Assembly: GCA_947626025.1 (NCBI GenBank) | Contig: CANQQQ010000003.1 | Coordinates: 1-63,584 of the forward strand | Length of the DNA stretch: 63,584 nucleotides | From: an uncultured Clostridia bacterium | GTDB taxonomy: Bacteria; Bacillota; Clostridia; TANB77; CAG-508 | Reading direction: 5' to 3' | The notes under the pieces: model-generated | What the model saw: only the letters and a program-made list of their open reading frames with translations | Told to the model about the DNA's origin: nothing | Databases searched by the model: none | In this document: positions 22,341 through 33,012 of the stretch, piece after piece | How the letters are laid out: the number at the start of each line of letters is the position of its first letter | Position numbering within the stretch: the stretch's first letter is position 1 | Made by a program: the position numbers and the translations under genes

Positions 22341-23292
22341 TGTTTTTCCTCCCTCTATATTCATTTACTATATTTATCACGTTTTTCAAGCTTTCTACAT
22401 TATTTATATTTAATATTTCTATTTCATTACTACTTTGCATTCTTTTCACAAAACCTGATAATGTCTTTCCTGGTCCTATTTCTATAAATGTGTCAATCCC
22501 TTCTTTTAACATTAATTCCAATGTTTTTGAAAATCTAACTGGATTAATAATGTGCTTTGCCAAAATATCTCTAATATCGTCATCATCTTTATAAAATTCT
22601 CCATCTAAATTTTTAATTACTTTGGTACTAAATTTATTAATTGTAACTTTTTCAAGTTCTTCTCTTAAAGCTTTTGAACTTTCTTTTAATTTTTCTGTGT
22701 GGAATGGTCCTGCTGTATTTAAAACTAAAACTTTTTTTGCTCCCATCTCTTTCGCGATCTTTTCAGCTTCCATTATCGCTTCTTTCTCTCCAGAAATTGC
22801 AATCTGCCCTTTGCAATTATAATTGGCTGGAACTACAAAACCTGATTTTACTTTGCTACAAACATCTTGGACTTGTTCATCATTCATACCTATAATCGCT
22901 GCCATTTGCCAGTCTCCATTAGGTAAAAGGTTTTGCATATATTCTCCTCTTTTTTGAACAAGCTTAATTCCTTCTTCTAATGAAAATACATTGCTATTAA
23001 TTAATGCGGTATACTCTCCTAAACTTAAACCTGCTGATATATCTGGTTTTATATTAATTTTCTTAAGTATATTCAAAATTGCTAAGCTCATTGTAAGTAT
23101 TGCAATCTGTGTATATTTTGTTTCATTTAATACTTCTTCTGGTCCTTCAAAAGATATTTTTGCTATATCTATACCTGTTATTTCCTTCACTCTATCATAT
23201 ATTTCTTTTGCCTCTTTATATTCTTCATATATGTCCTTTCCCATTCCTACACTCTGTGCTCCCTGTCCAGGAAATAAAAATCCTACTTTCAT
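22333..23292 (-). CDS. fabD: Malonyl-CoA:ACP transacylase
   Basis: FPGQGAQ, GLSLGEY (GxSxG), GPFHT, EIGPG. Confidence 0.96.
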   Translation of the reverse strand: MKVGFLFPGQGAQSVGMGKDIYEEYKEAKEIYDRVKEITGIDIAKISFEGPEEVLNETKYTQIAILTMSLAILNILKKINIKPDISAGLSLGEYTALINSNVFSLEEGIKLVQKRGEYMQNLLPNGDWQMAAIIGMNDEQVQDVCSKVKSGFVVPANYNCKGQIAISGEKEAIMEAEKIAKEMGAKKVLVLNTAGPFHTEKLKESSKALREELEKVTINKFSTKVIKNLDGEFYKDDDDIRDILAKHIINPVRFSKTLELMLKEGIDTFIEIGPGKTLSGFVKRMQSSNEIEILNINNVESLKNVINIVNEYRGRKNNE

Positions 23293-23293
23293 T

Positions 23294-23872
23294 CTAATTA
23301 CCCATCCTTCTTAATAATTCTTCTTCAAACCTATTACAAAATTCTACTATAAACTCTTGTGCATTTATTTCTATGTTAAACTCTTTTTTTATTGATGTTG
23401 CAATGTTTTTTATATCTTTTGTGAAAATTTGTTTATTAGTATTTATGCCAATTCCTACTACTAAATATTTAACAATCTGTCCTTTTAAAACAGTCTCTGT
23501 TAAAATTCCTCCTAATTTTTTTCCTTTAAATACTATATCATTTGGTTCTTTTATTGATAATTTTATTCCATATTTGTCATTAAAAATATCTACTATGATT
23601 TTTGCGATTTCTATAGTTATTCCATTCAAAATATTTATATTACAATTCAATTCTATAAAAAAGGAAAAAGCTACATTTCCGCCATCATCCGTATGCCACA
23701 CTCTTCCATGTGTTCCTTTTCCACTCGTCTGGATATTTGCTATAACTACAGTTCCATTTCTTATAGTTTTATTATGTATTTTTCTCCATATCTCATTTTG
23801 AGTTGAATCTATTTTTTCATAATAAATAATAGTCTTACCTATAAAACTAGTTTTTAATTTTTGTAATTGCAT
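23294..23872 (-). CDS. birA: Biotin-protein ligase, short form with no N-terminal HTH
   Basis: IDSTQ, QTSGKGTHGRVW, KEPND, KLGGILTE, GIGIN. Confidence 0.9.
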   Translation of the reverse strand: MQLQKLKTSFIGKTIIYYEKIDSTQNEIWRKIHNKTIRNGTVVIANIQTSGKGTHGRVWHTDDGGNVAFSFFIELNCNINILNGITIEIAKIIVDIFNDKYGIKLSIKEPNDIVFKGKKLGGILTETVLKGQIVKYLVVGIGINTNKQIFTKDIKNIATSIKKEFNIEINAQEFIVEFCNRFEEELLRRMGN

Positions 23873-25574
23873 CTAAATTTTCCTGCCTTTTTATTTTATT
23901 TGTCGTAGTCTTAATTAATGGTTGTTCTGTCAATATCATTCCCCTAATAGATTTGTAACGTGGCATTGTTTGATTTATTTCTTTAATCTTTTTTGATAAA
24001 GCATTGTAAATTTCTTCATCTGTTTCAACTTTGTAAACTTCTTTAACTGTTTCTTTATCAAATACAATTTTTACATTTATTTTAATGTTATCCTTATCTT
24101 CCGTTTGTTGTTTCCCAAAAATAAATGATTCTGTTACACCTTCTATTTTATTTACTAAATTCTCCATCTCTTCTGGAAAAATGTTTTTTCCATTTTTTAA
24201 AACTATTACACTTTTCTTTCTTCCACAGATAAATATGTATCCTTCTTCATCAATTTTAGCTAAATCACCTGTATGGAACCATCCATTTTCTATTGCTTCT
24301 TTCGTAGCTTCTTTATTACCATAGTATTCAAGCATTACACTTGGTCCTTTGACAAGTAGTTCTCCGATTCCCTCTTTATCTCTATCTGCTAATTTCACTT
24401 TAATACTTGGAACTGCCTTTCCAATAGAACCTATTCTATTGTATTTATTGCTTCCAATTCCTACGACTGGAGATGTTTCTGTTAGTCCATAACCTTGCAC
24501 TAAGTTTAGTCCTAGTAATCTATATTTTTCTTCTATCTTTGCATCTAATGCTGCTGCACCACTTATAAATAATTTAACTTTTCCACCTAGCATGTCATGT
24601 ATTTCCTTAAATATTTCTTTCTTTTTCTCCATAGAAGCATCTCTATATTTTTCTTCTTCTATTAATATTTTCTCTACTTTTCCTTGTTTTTCCAATTTTT
24701 TTCTAATAATTCCAAAAATTCTTTCATATATAGCTGGTACACAAGCCATTACAGAAACTTGATATTCCTTTAAGTTTTCCACTACACGTCTAATGCCATC
24801 ACAAAATACCGTTTGTGCTCCTTTATATAATGAAAATAAGAAACCTACTGTACATTCGAAAACATGATGTATTGGTAATACTGAAAGCAGTGTATCGTTT
24901 GAATTAACATCTAAAACGCTCGCTATATCCATCAGATTTGTGCATATATTTTTATGAGATAATGCAACTACTTTTGACTTTGATGTAGTTCCTGAAGTAA
25001 AAAGCATAATACTCATGTCATTTGGGTTAATCTTAGCATCTATAAATTCTCTATTTCCATCCTCAATTAATTTTTGCCCTCGTTCAATTAATTCTTGTTC
25101 AGAATATACTCCCTCAGTATGAGATACTAAATCCATTGCTATTAAGTGCTTTAATTTATTTTTCTCACTGTATTTAATTCTCTCAATTGCCTCAGCATAT
25201 TTTTTAGAATAAAAAATAGCTTCGATTTCTGATCTTGCTATTAAATCTTCTAATTCATTTTCTGGTAAGGATTTATCTAATGGTACTACTACTCCAGTTC
25301 CACAGACTATTGATAAATATGCTATCTCCCATTCGTACCTATTTTCACCTATAACTGCTATTCTTTTTCCTTTTAATCCTAAATTTATTAATGCAGTTCC
25401 TAACCTATCAACCATATCCCTTACTTCTTTATGTGTAAATATCTTATATTTTCCCTCTGCAACTCTAATTTTATATGCTGGTCTTTCTGCATATAATTCT
25501 TTAGTCTTATTTAACATATCTTTTAAATCTGTTATTTCAATATAATCATATAATCTCTCGCTCACTTTTCTCAT
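23847..25574 (-). CDS. Long-chain acyl-AMP ligase (acyl-CoA or acyl-ACP synthetase), copy 2
   Basis: FTSGTTSKSK, GYGLTE, GWFHTGD, GRKKSVIVLKNGKNIFPEE, TTTNKIKR. Confidence 0.9.
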   Translation of the reverse strand: MRKVSERLYDYIEITDLKDMLNKTKELYAERPAYKIRVAEGKYKIFTHKEVRDMVDRLGTALINLGLKGKRIAVIGENRYEWEIAYLSIVCGTGVVVPLDKSLPENELEDLIARSEIEAIFYSKKYAEAIERIKYSEKNKLKHLIAMDLVSHTEGVYSEQELIERGQKLIEDGNREFIDAKINPNDMSIMLFTSGTTSKSKVVALSHKNICTNLMDIASVLDVNSNDTLLSVLPIHHVFECTVGFLFSLYKGAQTVFCDGIRRVVENLKEYQVSVMACVPAIYERIFGIIRKKLEKQGKVEKILIEEEKYRDASMEKKKEIFKEIHDMLGGKVKLFISGAAALDAKIEEKYRLLGLNLVQGYGLTETSPVVGIGSNKYNRIGSIGKAVPSIKVKLADRDKEGIGELLVKGPSVMLEYYGNKEATKEAIENGWFHTGDLAKIDEEGYIFICGRKKSVIVLKNGKNIFPEEMENLVNKIEGVTESFIFGKQQTEDKDNIKINVKIVFDKETVKEVYKVETDEEIYNALSKKIKEINQTMPRYKSIRGMILTEQPLIKTTTNKIKRQENLDAITKIKN

Positions 25575-25691
25575 CCTTTAACTTTTTATTATAATAATAT
25601 TTATATCATATATTTGGTAAATAAAGATTTAGACTGGGTGGTCAGTTTAAAACATATGAACTTGTTACAGAACTAAAATCAAATTTTAAAT

Positions 25692-25733
25692 AATAGATGT
25701 AGAGCACGGTAAAGACCGAGCTCTACATCTATT
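25692..25733. terminator. Long hairpin at the stop of ligase copy 1
   Basis: 14-bp arms aatagatgtagagc / gctctacatctatt plus inner cggt-aaag-accg. Confidence 0.6.
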
Positions 25734-27453
25734 ATTTATTCAATATCAATTTCATCTCCTCTTGTCTCTTTACTTTTTTAGTTGTAGTTTTTATTAATTC
25801 CTCACTAGTTAAAATCATATGCTGGATATGCTTATATCTTGGAAATGTCTTGTTTATCTCTTTTATTTGATCCCATATAATACTATATAATTCTTGTTCT
25901 GTTTTTCCTTCATATTTTTCTTTTGCCGTTTCTTTATTATATACAATCTTTACTGATAATTTTACATCATTTTTATCCTTTTCATCAGGTAAACCAAATA
26001 CCATAGATTCTTCTACTAATTCTAATCTATTTATCAAAGTCTCGAGTTCTTCTGGGAATACTTTTTTACCATTTTTTAAAACTATCATGTTTTTATTTCT
26101 TCCTGTTATAAATAAGAAACCATCTTTATCAAAATATCCTAAATCACCTGTATAGAACCAACCGTCTTTTAAAACTTCAGATGTTTCTTTTGGCATTTCA
26201 TAATATCCTAACATTACATTAGGACCTTTTACTCTTATTTCTCCTATATCATTTTCATCTTTGTTAACAATTTCAATAGTGTCATTAAGCATTGGAACAC
26301 CTACTGATCCATTTTTTTTGTTCCACTCATTTTCAGCACATATTACTGGTGCAGTTTCCGTTAAACCATATCCTTGAGCTGTCTTTATTCCAAAATCATT
26401 AAATCCTTTTAGGCTTATTGGATCTGCTGGTGCCCCTCCTGTGATAACAAATCTTAATTGTCCGCCTAGTGCATCTATAACTTGTTTAAATAATTTTCTT
26501 CTAATGTCTATATGTAGTTTCATAAGTAAGTTGCTAATTTTTAAAGCAATTCTTATTAACCTTGTTTTACCTTGTTTTTCAATTTCTTTCATTATTGTTT
26601 TATGTATTGCTTCAGTTAAAACAGGCACTCCTACAAATATTGTTACCTTATATTCATTTAAGTTTTGTTTAATGTATCTTAACCCATCTGGGAATACCGT
26701 TTTAACTCCCTGTGCTAGCATTAGTACCATACAAGTTGAACCAAATATATGATGGAAAGGTAAAAATGCAATGTTTGTATCTGTAGCTCTAATATCTTCT
26801 AGACATTGCAATGCGTAAACATTTGAAGCTATATTTCTCTGTGATAACATTACTGCTTTAGATTTTGAAGTTGTTCCTGAAGTAAATAGTAATATATTCA
26901 TTTCGTTTTCTGCTATTTCAACATTTAAATATTCTTTATTTCCTTCTTTTAATAATTTATCCCCTTGGCTTATAAGTTCTTTTACGGATTTGAATTCATC
27001 TATTTCACTCATACAAATATATTCTTTTAATTGTGTCCTGCCATTTTCTTTAATTTCTTGTATTCTCTCTGTTAATTTTTCATCAAAAATGATACACTCC
27101 GCTCCACTTCTAATCAGTGAATTTTCAAGCTCTTCATATTGTAAATCTTTATCTAAAGGTACTGATATAATTCCGCCTAATAGGTTAGACATATGTGATA
27201 AAACCCACTCATACCTGTTTCTTCCAATTATAGCAATTCTTTTTCCTTTAAATCCCATTTTATATAAGCTAGTACCAAGTTTATTAATATCTTCTAATAA
27301 TCTTTTATATGTAATATTTTCATAAGTAATTTTATTTTTTTCTTGATGTTTTATAACAAATGCTATATTGTCACTATACTTATTTGCAGATTCGCGAATT
27401 ATCTCTCTTATATCTTTAAATTCCTTAGCTTCAAATCTTTTTTTACTTTCCAT
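25732..27453 (-). CDS. Long-chain acyl-AMP ligase (acyl-CoA or acyl-ACP synthetase), copy 1
   Basis: Same adenylation motifs (FTSGTTSKSK, GYGLTE, GWFYTGD, GRNKNMIVLKNGK); clear paralog of 23847..25574. Confidence 0.9.
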   Translation of the reverse strand: MESKKRFEAKEFKDIREIIRESANKYSDNIAFVIKHQEKNKITYENITYKRLLEDINKLGTSLYKMGFKGKRIAIIGRNRYEWVLSHMSNLLGGIISVPLDKDLQYEELENSLIRSGAECIIFDEKLTERIQEIKENGRTQLKEYICMSEIDEFKSVKELISQGDKLLKEGNKEYLNVEIAENEMNILLFTSGTTSKSKAVMLSQRNIASNVYALQCLEDIRATDTNIAFLPFHHIFGSTCMVLMLAQGVKTVFPDGLRYIKQNLNEYKVTIFVGVPVLTEAIHKTIMKEIEKQGKTRLIRIALKISNLLMKLHIDIRRKLFKQVIDALGGQLRFVITGGAPADPISLKGFNDFGIKTAQGYGLTETAPVICAENEWNKKNGSVGVPMLNDTIEIVNKDENDIGEIRVKGPNVMLGYYEMPKETSEVLKDGWFYTGDLGYFDKDGFLFITGRNKNMIVLKNGKKVFPEELETLINRLELVEESMVFGLPDEKDKNDVKLSVKIVYNKETAKEKYEGKTEQELYSIIWDQIKEINKTFPRYKHIQHMILTSEELIKTTTKKVKRQEEMKLILNK

Positions 27454-27540
27454 ATTAACCTCAACTTATCAAATTATATATTTCTATTTATATCACATAA
27501 AAGTGAAATAATAATTGAACTGAGTAGTCAGTTTAATTAT

Positions 27541-29550
27541 TTATATAGTAATTTTTTCTAAGTCTTTTTCTTTTACCATCTCGCATATTAAATCTGCTGT
27601 TTTTTCTACTCCTAATGTTGCACTATTAATAGTAATATCATAATTTTCACTGTTACTCCACTCTTGATCTGTATAATGTTTATAGTGGTTTGCTCTTAAT
27701 TTATTAATCTTGTTAATTTCTTTTTTTGCGTTCTCTTTCTTAATTCCATAAATTTCTGTAACTCTTTTAATTTTGTCTTCCATATCACTATATATGAACA
27801 CCTTTATAAGATTTTCTCTATCTTTTAAGATAAAATCTGCACATCTACCTATTATAACGCATGATTCTTTATCAGCTAACTTCTTAATCATCTCTGACTC
27901 TTTAATAAACAATTCGTCTGAATAATTTAATCCAAAATAATATCCATTATTTAAGTTATCTAAAGTTTCTCTTTTCTGCTCATTATTCTCGATATATTCT
28001 TCTGATAAACCTGTATCCTCAGCTACTTTTTCTATAAGTTCTTTATCATATAATTTAATTCCTAACTTATCAGCAATTAATCTTCCTATGTATCTTCCTC
28101 CAGATCCATATTCTCTTGATACTGTAATTATAATATGTTTCTTTAATCTATTATCTAAATTTGTATCATCAACTATCGCATTACTCTTTGTTGTTACATT
28201 ATTTAAATTTTTGACTTCAAATATTAATAACACTACCGCAAGAATAAATGCTGTTCCATCTGCAACAGGACCAGCAGATAAAACTCCGTTAATTCCAAAT
28301 GCTCTACTTAAAACTAGCATTGATGGCACTAAAAATAAAATTTGTCTTGATAATGATAAGATTACACTTTTTATGCTTTTTCCTATTGCTTGGAAGAATA
28401 TTCCTGAAGGTATCTGTATACCATTACAAATGCATAATAGTAAATACGTCCTAAATGCTAAACACGCAAAATCCATATAAAGTTCATCGCCACTACCAAA
28501 TATAGCAATTAACTTATCAGGTATTGTTTGGAATAATATAAATGCGATTGTACTTATTACAGTGCTTAGTCCCAATACTATCTTTAATGCTTGTTTTACT
28601 CTTTCAAATTTTCTAGCTCCATAATTATAACCAAAAATTGGTTGAGAACCTGCTGCAATTCCAAGTATAATGCTATTCAAGATTTGACTAATCTTCATAA
28701 CAATTCCTAGTACTGTTATTGGTATTTCAGAACCATATTTAGACTCAAGTCCATATTTAGCAAGTAAGTTGTTCTCTACAGAAACTACAACCACAAAACT
28801 CATTTGTGTTACAAAACTACTGATTCCTAATGTTGATACTCTTCTCCATACATTAAATTTAATTTTTAGATTTTCTCTATTCAATGTTATTGACTTGAAT
28901 TTTCTTATATATGCTATATTAAGTACAAAAGTAAGAAATTGACTAAGTACAGTTGCAATCGCTGCTCCCTCTACCCCCATCTTACATACAAATATCAAAA
29001 TAGGATCTAATATAGTATTTAAAATAGCACCTAAAACCATAGATATCATTGAATATCTTGGACTTCCATCTGCTCTAATGATAGAATTTAACGTAGTTCC
29101 TATCATCATGAATGGTAACCCTATTGCGATAATTCTTCCATAGCCTATAGCATAATCTCTTAAAGCATCTGTACAACCAAATATATTTAATAATGGTTGC
29201 AAAAATATTAATGTAAAAATGCAAAAAATAATTGCTATTATAGCAGATATTATAATTCCATTTCCTACACCCTTAGCAGCCTCATCTTTTTTCTTTTCTC
29301 CTAACTTTAAGCTTAAATATGCAGATGCACCATCTCCAAACATTAATGAAAATGCTAAACAAATCATAACTAATGGGAATACTACATTAGTAGCTCCATT
29401 TCCTAAATATCCTACTCCCCATCCAATAAATATTTGATCCACAATATTATATAAAGAATTTACTAATAATGATATAATACATGGAATTGAAAATTTTGCA
29501 ATTAATTTTCCTATTTTTTCAGTTCCTAATATATTTTCTTCTTTTTCCAC
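27541..29550 (-). CDS. MATE efflux transporter fused to a cytidylate-kinase-like C-terminal domain
   Basis: YNIVDQIFIG and RADGSP MATE motifs; C-terminal ITVSREYGSGGR P-loop-like motif and VIIGRCAD. Confidence 0.9.
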   Translation of the reverse strand: MEKEENILGTEKIGKLIAKFSIPCIISLLVNSLYNIVDQIFIGWGVGYLGNGATNVVFPLVMICLAFSLMFGDGASAYLSLKLGEKKKDEAAKGVGNGIIISAIIAIIFCIFTLIFLQPLLNIFGCTDALRDYAIGYGRIIAIGLPFMMIGTTLNSIIRADGSPRYSMISMVLGAILNTILDPILIFVCKMGVEGAAIATVLSQFLTFVLNIAYIRKFKSITLNRENLKIKFNVWRRVSTLGISSFVTQMSFVVVVSVENNLLAKYGLESKYGSEIPITVLGIVMKISQILNSIILGIAAGSQPIFGYNYGARKFERVKQALKIVLGLSTVISTIAFILFQTIPDKLIAIFGSGDELYMDFACLAFRTYLLLCICNGIQIPSGIFFQAIGKSIKSVILSLSRQILFLVPSMLVLSRAFGINGVLSAGPVADGTAFILAVVLLIFEVKNLNNVTTKSNAIVDDTNLDNRLKKHIIITVSREYGSGGRYIGRLIADKLGIKLYDKELIEKVAEDTGLSEEYIENNEQKRETLDNLNNGYYFGLNYSDELFIKESEMIKKLADKESCVIIGRCADFILKDRENLIKVFIYSDMEDKIKRVTEIYGIKKENAKKEINKINKLRANHYKHYTDQEWSNSENYDITINSATLGVEKTADLICEMVKEKDLEKITI

Positions 29551-29592
29551 TTTTATTTCCCTCCATCTGTTTGTTTTATAGTATCTATATTT

Positions 29593-30807
29593 TTATTTTT
29601 CCAAATACATTATATCGATATCTACATTTGTATTTATTCCATCTACTCTTCCTGTATCAGACATCTGCCATATAGTATATTCATCCTCATAGTTAGTTTT
29701 ACTCGTATAATGCGCAAGCCAAGTTTCATGACTGGTTGGATACCATATTTTTTCTAAATAGTTTTTACTTCCATATAACATTCCCTTATAACCACTGTCT
29801 ACCAAAGTATCTAAAAACACATCTGCTACCTTGTTTATCGTGTAAAAACTCATTCCTGTCGTATTAAAAGAATTCCAACTTTCCCAGTCAAATGCTATTG
29901 GCAAATCAATTTCATAATTTTTTAAATTTTCTTTTACCCATTCTGCTTGTTCTTTTGCTTGAATAATATTCTTTGCATAAGAATAGAAGTATATTCCAAC
30001 TGGTAAGCCTGCAGCTTTTGCTCCTTCTATGTTTTGAATAAAATATGGATCTATTACATAGTCACCGTCATAATCTGTTTGATATCCCATTCTTATTATC
30101 ACAAATTCTACTCCTGCATTTTTTACTTTTTCCCACTCTATCTCTCCTTGCCACTTAGATACATCTATTCCGATTTTTGTTTTTTCAGTTTTATAGTTTG
30201 CTAAAATATCATCTAAATAGTTAGGTTCTTTTGGAGTTTTTACTGTTGAAGATTTTTGCGGATTTGTAACATTAAGTACAAAGTCTCTTTTTGCTTCATT
30301 TCCACTTGAATCTGTTACAACATATGTCAAATTATAGCTTCCAACAGTATTAAAATCATACTCCCCTATGATTTTTCTTGTAGGATTATCATCAATGTCA
30401 TCTCCACTTAATAGTACATCTGTTAAGTTCTTAGTGTATCCCTTTTGTACTGTATATGAATTTCCACTAAAAATTTTAGGCGCTGTTAAATCTACTGTAT
30501 TTATTTCAAATGTAGCTGTTCTTTTTTTGTTTTTTATGTTTATATAATCAAATGATACTAATATATTACCTAGGACCTCTGTATCTATTTGATAGTCATC
30601 AATTAATGTTCCATTTAAATTTTGGATAAAATCAGATACCTTTGCTTTTTTTCCGAATTCAATTGTTAAATCTTCTTTTAGTGTAACCGCTTCCGCATCT
30701 ATTCTTTTGTTCTCTTGTTCTTCCTTATACGCCCATATAAGTAAGCCCGTTGCAGTAGCCACAATAACTATTATTGATATTCCTATAATAGTTAAAATTT
30801 TCCTCAT
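29593..30807 (-). CDS. Membrane-anchored GH25 lysozyme-like muramidase with an Ig-like domain
   Basis: N-terminal TM helix; Ig-like segment (GDDIDD..GSYNLTYVVTDSSGN); GIDVSKWQG, AFDWE, WLAHY, VDIDI. Confidence 0.88.
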   Translation of the reverse strand: MRKILTIIGISIIVIVATATGLLIWAYKEEQENKRIDAEAVTLKEDLTIEFGKKAKVSDFIQNLNGTLIDDYQIDTEVLGNILVSFDYINIKNKKRTATFEINTVDLTAPKIFSGNSYTVQKGYTKNLTDVLLSGDDIDDNPTRKIIGEYDFNTVGSYNLTYVVTDSSGNEAKRDFVLNVTNPQKSSTVKTPKEPNYLDDILANYKTEKTKIGIDVSKWQGEIEWEKVKNAGVEFVIIRMGYQTDYDGDYVIDPYFIQNIEGAKAAGLPVGIYFYSYAKNIIQAKEQAEWVKENLKNYEIDLPIAFDWESWNSFNTTGMSFYTINKVADVFLDTLVDSGYKGMLYGSKNYLEKIWYPTSHETWLAHYTSKTNYEDEYTIWQMSDTGRVDGINTNVDIDIMYLEK

Positions 30808-30930
30808 CCTTAAACCTCACTTTCTCGCTCATGGTATTATATCATTTATCTATTTTAATTTCTAGTAATTTATGATTTTTTTATATATTGATCAAAAAAA
30901 TTGGGATAGATAAATAATCTATCCCTTTAA

Positions 30931-33012
30931 TTATCTTAATATTCTTAATGTGTTAAATATTGTAATTATTGTTACTCCTACATCTGCAAATACTGCTTGC
31001 CACATATTAGAAATGCCGAGTATTGAAAGTATTAATATTATTATTTTAATTGCTATTGAAAATATTAGGTTTTGCTTTATTATTTTATTTGTTTTCTTGG
31101 ATATTTCTATTCCTTCTAATATTTTATTTATTTCATCTGTCATAAGTACTATATCTGATGCCTCAATTGCAGATGATGAACCAACTCCTCCCATCGATAT
31201 TCCTATATCCGCTCTTGCCAAAACTGGGCTATCATTTATACCATCACCTACAAAAGCAACTTTCTTTCCTTTATCATTTTGATTTATTATTTTTTCTAAT
31301 TCGTCAAATTTATCTTGTGGCAACATTTGTGCTTTTATTTCATCTATTCCTACTTTTTTTGCAATTTGTTCTGCTGAATCTTTTGTATCTCCAGTAAACA
31401 TTAGCGATTTAATTTTAAGTTTTTTTAATTTTTCAATAGCTTCTTTAGTATTTTCCTTTAATTGATCTTCTAATATTATTGCACCTTTTGCGAAATTGTC
31501 TATTGATAAGTAAATAACTGTTCCTGGACTTTTAACTTCTTTAATTTCATTCTTTAAATCTTCCTCAATAAACTTTTTATTACCTACTTTTACTTTTTTA
31601 GAATCTATCTCATATTCAATTCCTTTTCCAGAAATTTCTTTTAAATTCTGCACACTACTTGTATCTATTTTTTCTGAATACTCTTCTATTATTGATTTAG
31701 CTAATGGATGATTTGAAAAATTCTCCCCTATAGCTATATATTTTAGAATATCCTCTTCTGATAATTCACTATCTAATGTATTAATTCCTGAAACTTTAAA
31801 TTTTCCTGTTGTAATTGTTCCTGTTTTATCAAATATTATATTATTTATATCTTTTAAAGCATCTAAGAAATCACTACCTTTTATCAAAATTCCTTTTTTA
31901 GAAGCTTTACCTATCCCAGAGAAATATGATAAAGGTACTGATATTGCAATAGAGCAAGGACATGCAATTACTAAGAATGTTAAAGCTCTATAAATACTTT
32001 CTGAATAGCTAATTTCTGGTAATATCATTGGCATAAATATTGCGACTAATACTGCTAAAACTATTACAATAGGTGTATAAATTTTAGCTAATTTTGAAAC
32101 ATAAGTTTCTGTTCTTGCTTTTTTATCTGTTGCTTGCTCAACTAGTTCTAAAACTCTATTTACTGTCCCATTTGTATAAGTAGATGTTACTTGTACCTCT
32201 ATTAATCCATCTTGATTAATACTACCTGAAAGCACATTGCTCCCTTTTGTTACCTCATATAATTTTGTCTCTCCTGTTAATGCTGATGTATTTATGGAAG
32301 CATTTCCTGAAATAACTATTCCATCTAATGGTATCTCTTCTCCTTCTTTTACAATTATTACATCTTCTACATTTACATCTTCTGGATCAACCTGTTTAGT
32401 TTCTCCACTTTTTTGTTTTAAATTGGCATATCTAGGTTTAATATTCATTAGATCTTTTATAGATCTCCTTGATTTTGAAATTGCCTTTGTTTCTAATATT
32501 TTTCCTATTTCAAATAAAAGGATAACCATTAATCCTTCTAGTTCTTCACCAACTAAATATGCCCCTATGCACGAAATTACCATCAATAGATTTTCATCAA
32601 CGATTTTTCCTTTTAGTTGTTTGATTGCTTTTATAAAAGTTCTATATAATAATATTATATAGGCACCAATTATGAAAATTGTTGATAGTGTCTCATTTTT
32701 TATAATTCCTGTAAATCCCAAAATTGCTAATATAATTCCTATAATAAGCCTTATTACTCCGTAATCTCTGCTTTCCACATTTTTTTCTTCTGGCTCTTTT
32801 ATTGTACAATCTGGCTCAACAGCCTTAGCAACTTTTATAATTTCCTGTAATGTATCTTCTAAATTAGATTCTAATGTAATTTTTCCTGTAACAAAATTTA
32901 CTACGCAATTTTGTATACCATTAATTTTATTTATTGCTTCTTCTACCTCTTTTGCACATTGAGCACAATCCAAATCTATTATATCAAATCTATACCTCTT
33001 CAATATGCTCAC
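30931..33012 (-). CDS. cadA: P1B-type Zn/Cd/Pb-exporting ATPase
   Basis: DCAQC metal-binding domain, TGE, ACPC, DKTGT, GDGINDSP; true start may be TTG 33003. Confidence 0.9.
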   Translation of the reverse strand: MSILKRYRFDIIDLDCAQCAKEVEEAINKINGIQNCVVNFVTGKITLESNLEDTLQEIIKVAKAVEPDCTIKEPEEKNVESRDYGVIRLIIGIILAILGFTGIIKNETLSTIFIIGAYIILLYRTFIKAIKQLKGKIVDENLLMVISCIGAYLVGEELEGLMVILLFEIGKILETKAISKSRRSIKDLMNIKPRYANLKQKSGETKQVDPEDVNVEDVIIVKEGEEIPLDGIVISGNASINTSALTGETKLYEVTKGSNVLSGSINQDGLIEVQVTSTYTNGTVNRVLELVEQATDKKARTETYVSKLAKIYTPIVIVLAVLVAIFMPMILPEISYSESIYRALTFLVIACPCSIAISVPLSYFSGIGKASKKGILIKGSDFLDALKDINNIIFDKTGTITTGKFKVSGINTLDSELSEEDILKYIAIGENFSNHPLAKSIIEEYSEKIDTSSVQNLKEISGKGIEYEIDSKKVKVGNKKFIEEDLKNEIKEVKSPGTVIYLSIDNFAKGAIILEDQLKENTKEAIEKLKKLKIKSLMFTGDTKDSAEQIAKKVGIDEIKAQMLPQDKFDELEKIINQNDKGKKVAFVGDGINDSPVLARADIGISMGGVGSSSAIEASDIVLMTDEINKILEGIEISKKTNKIIKQNLIFSIAIKIIILILSILGISNMWQAVFADVGVTIITIFNTLRILR

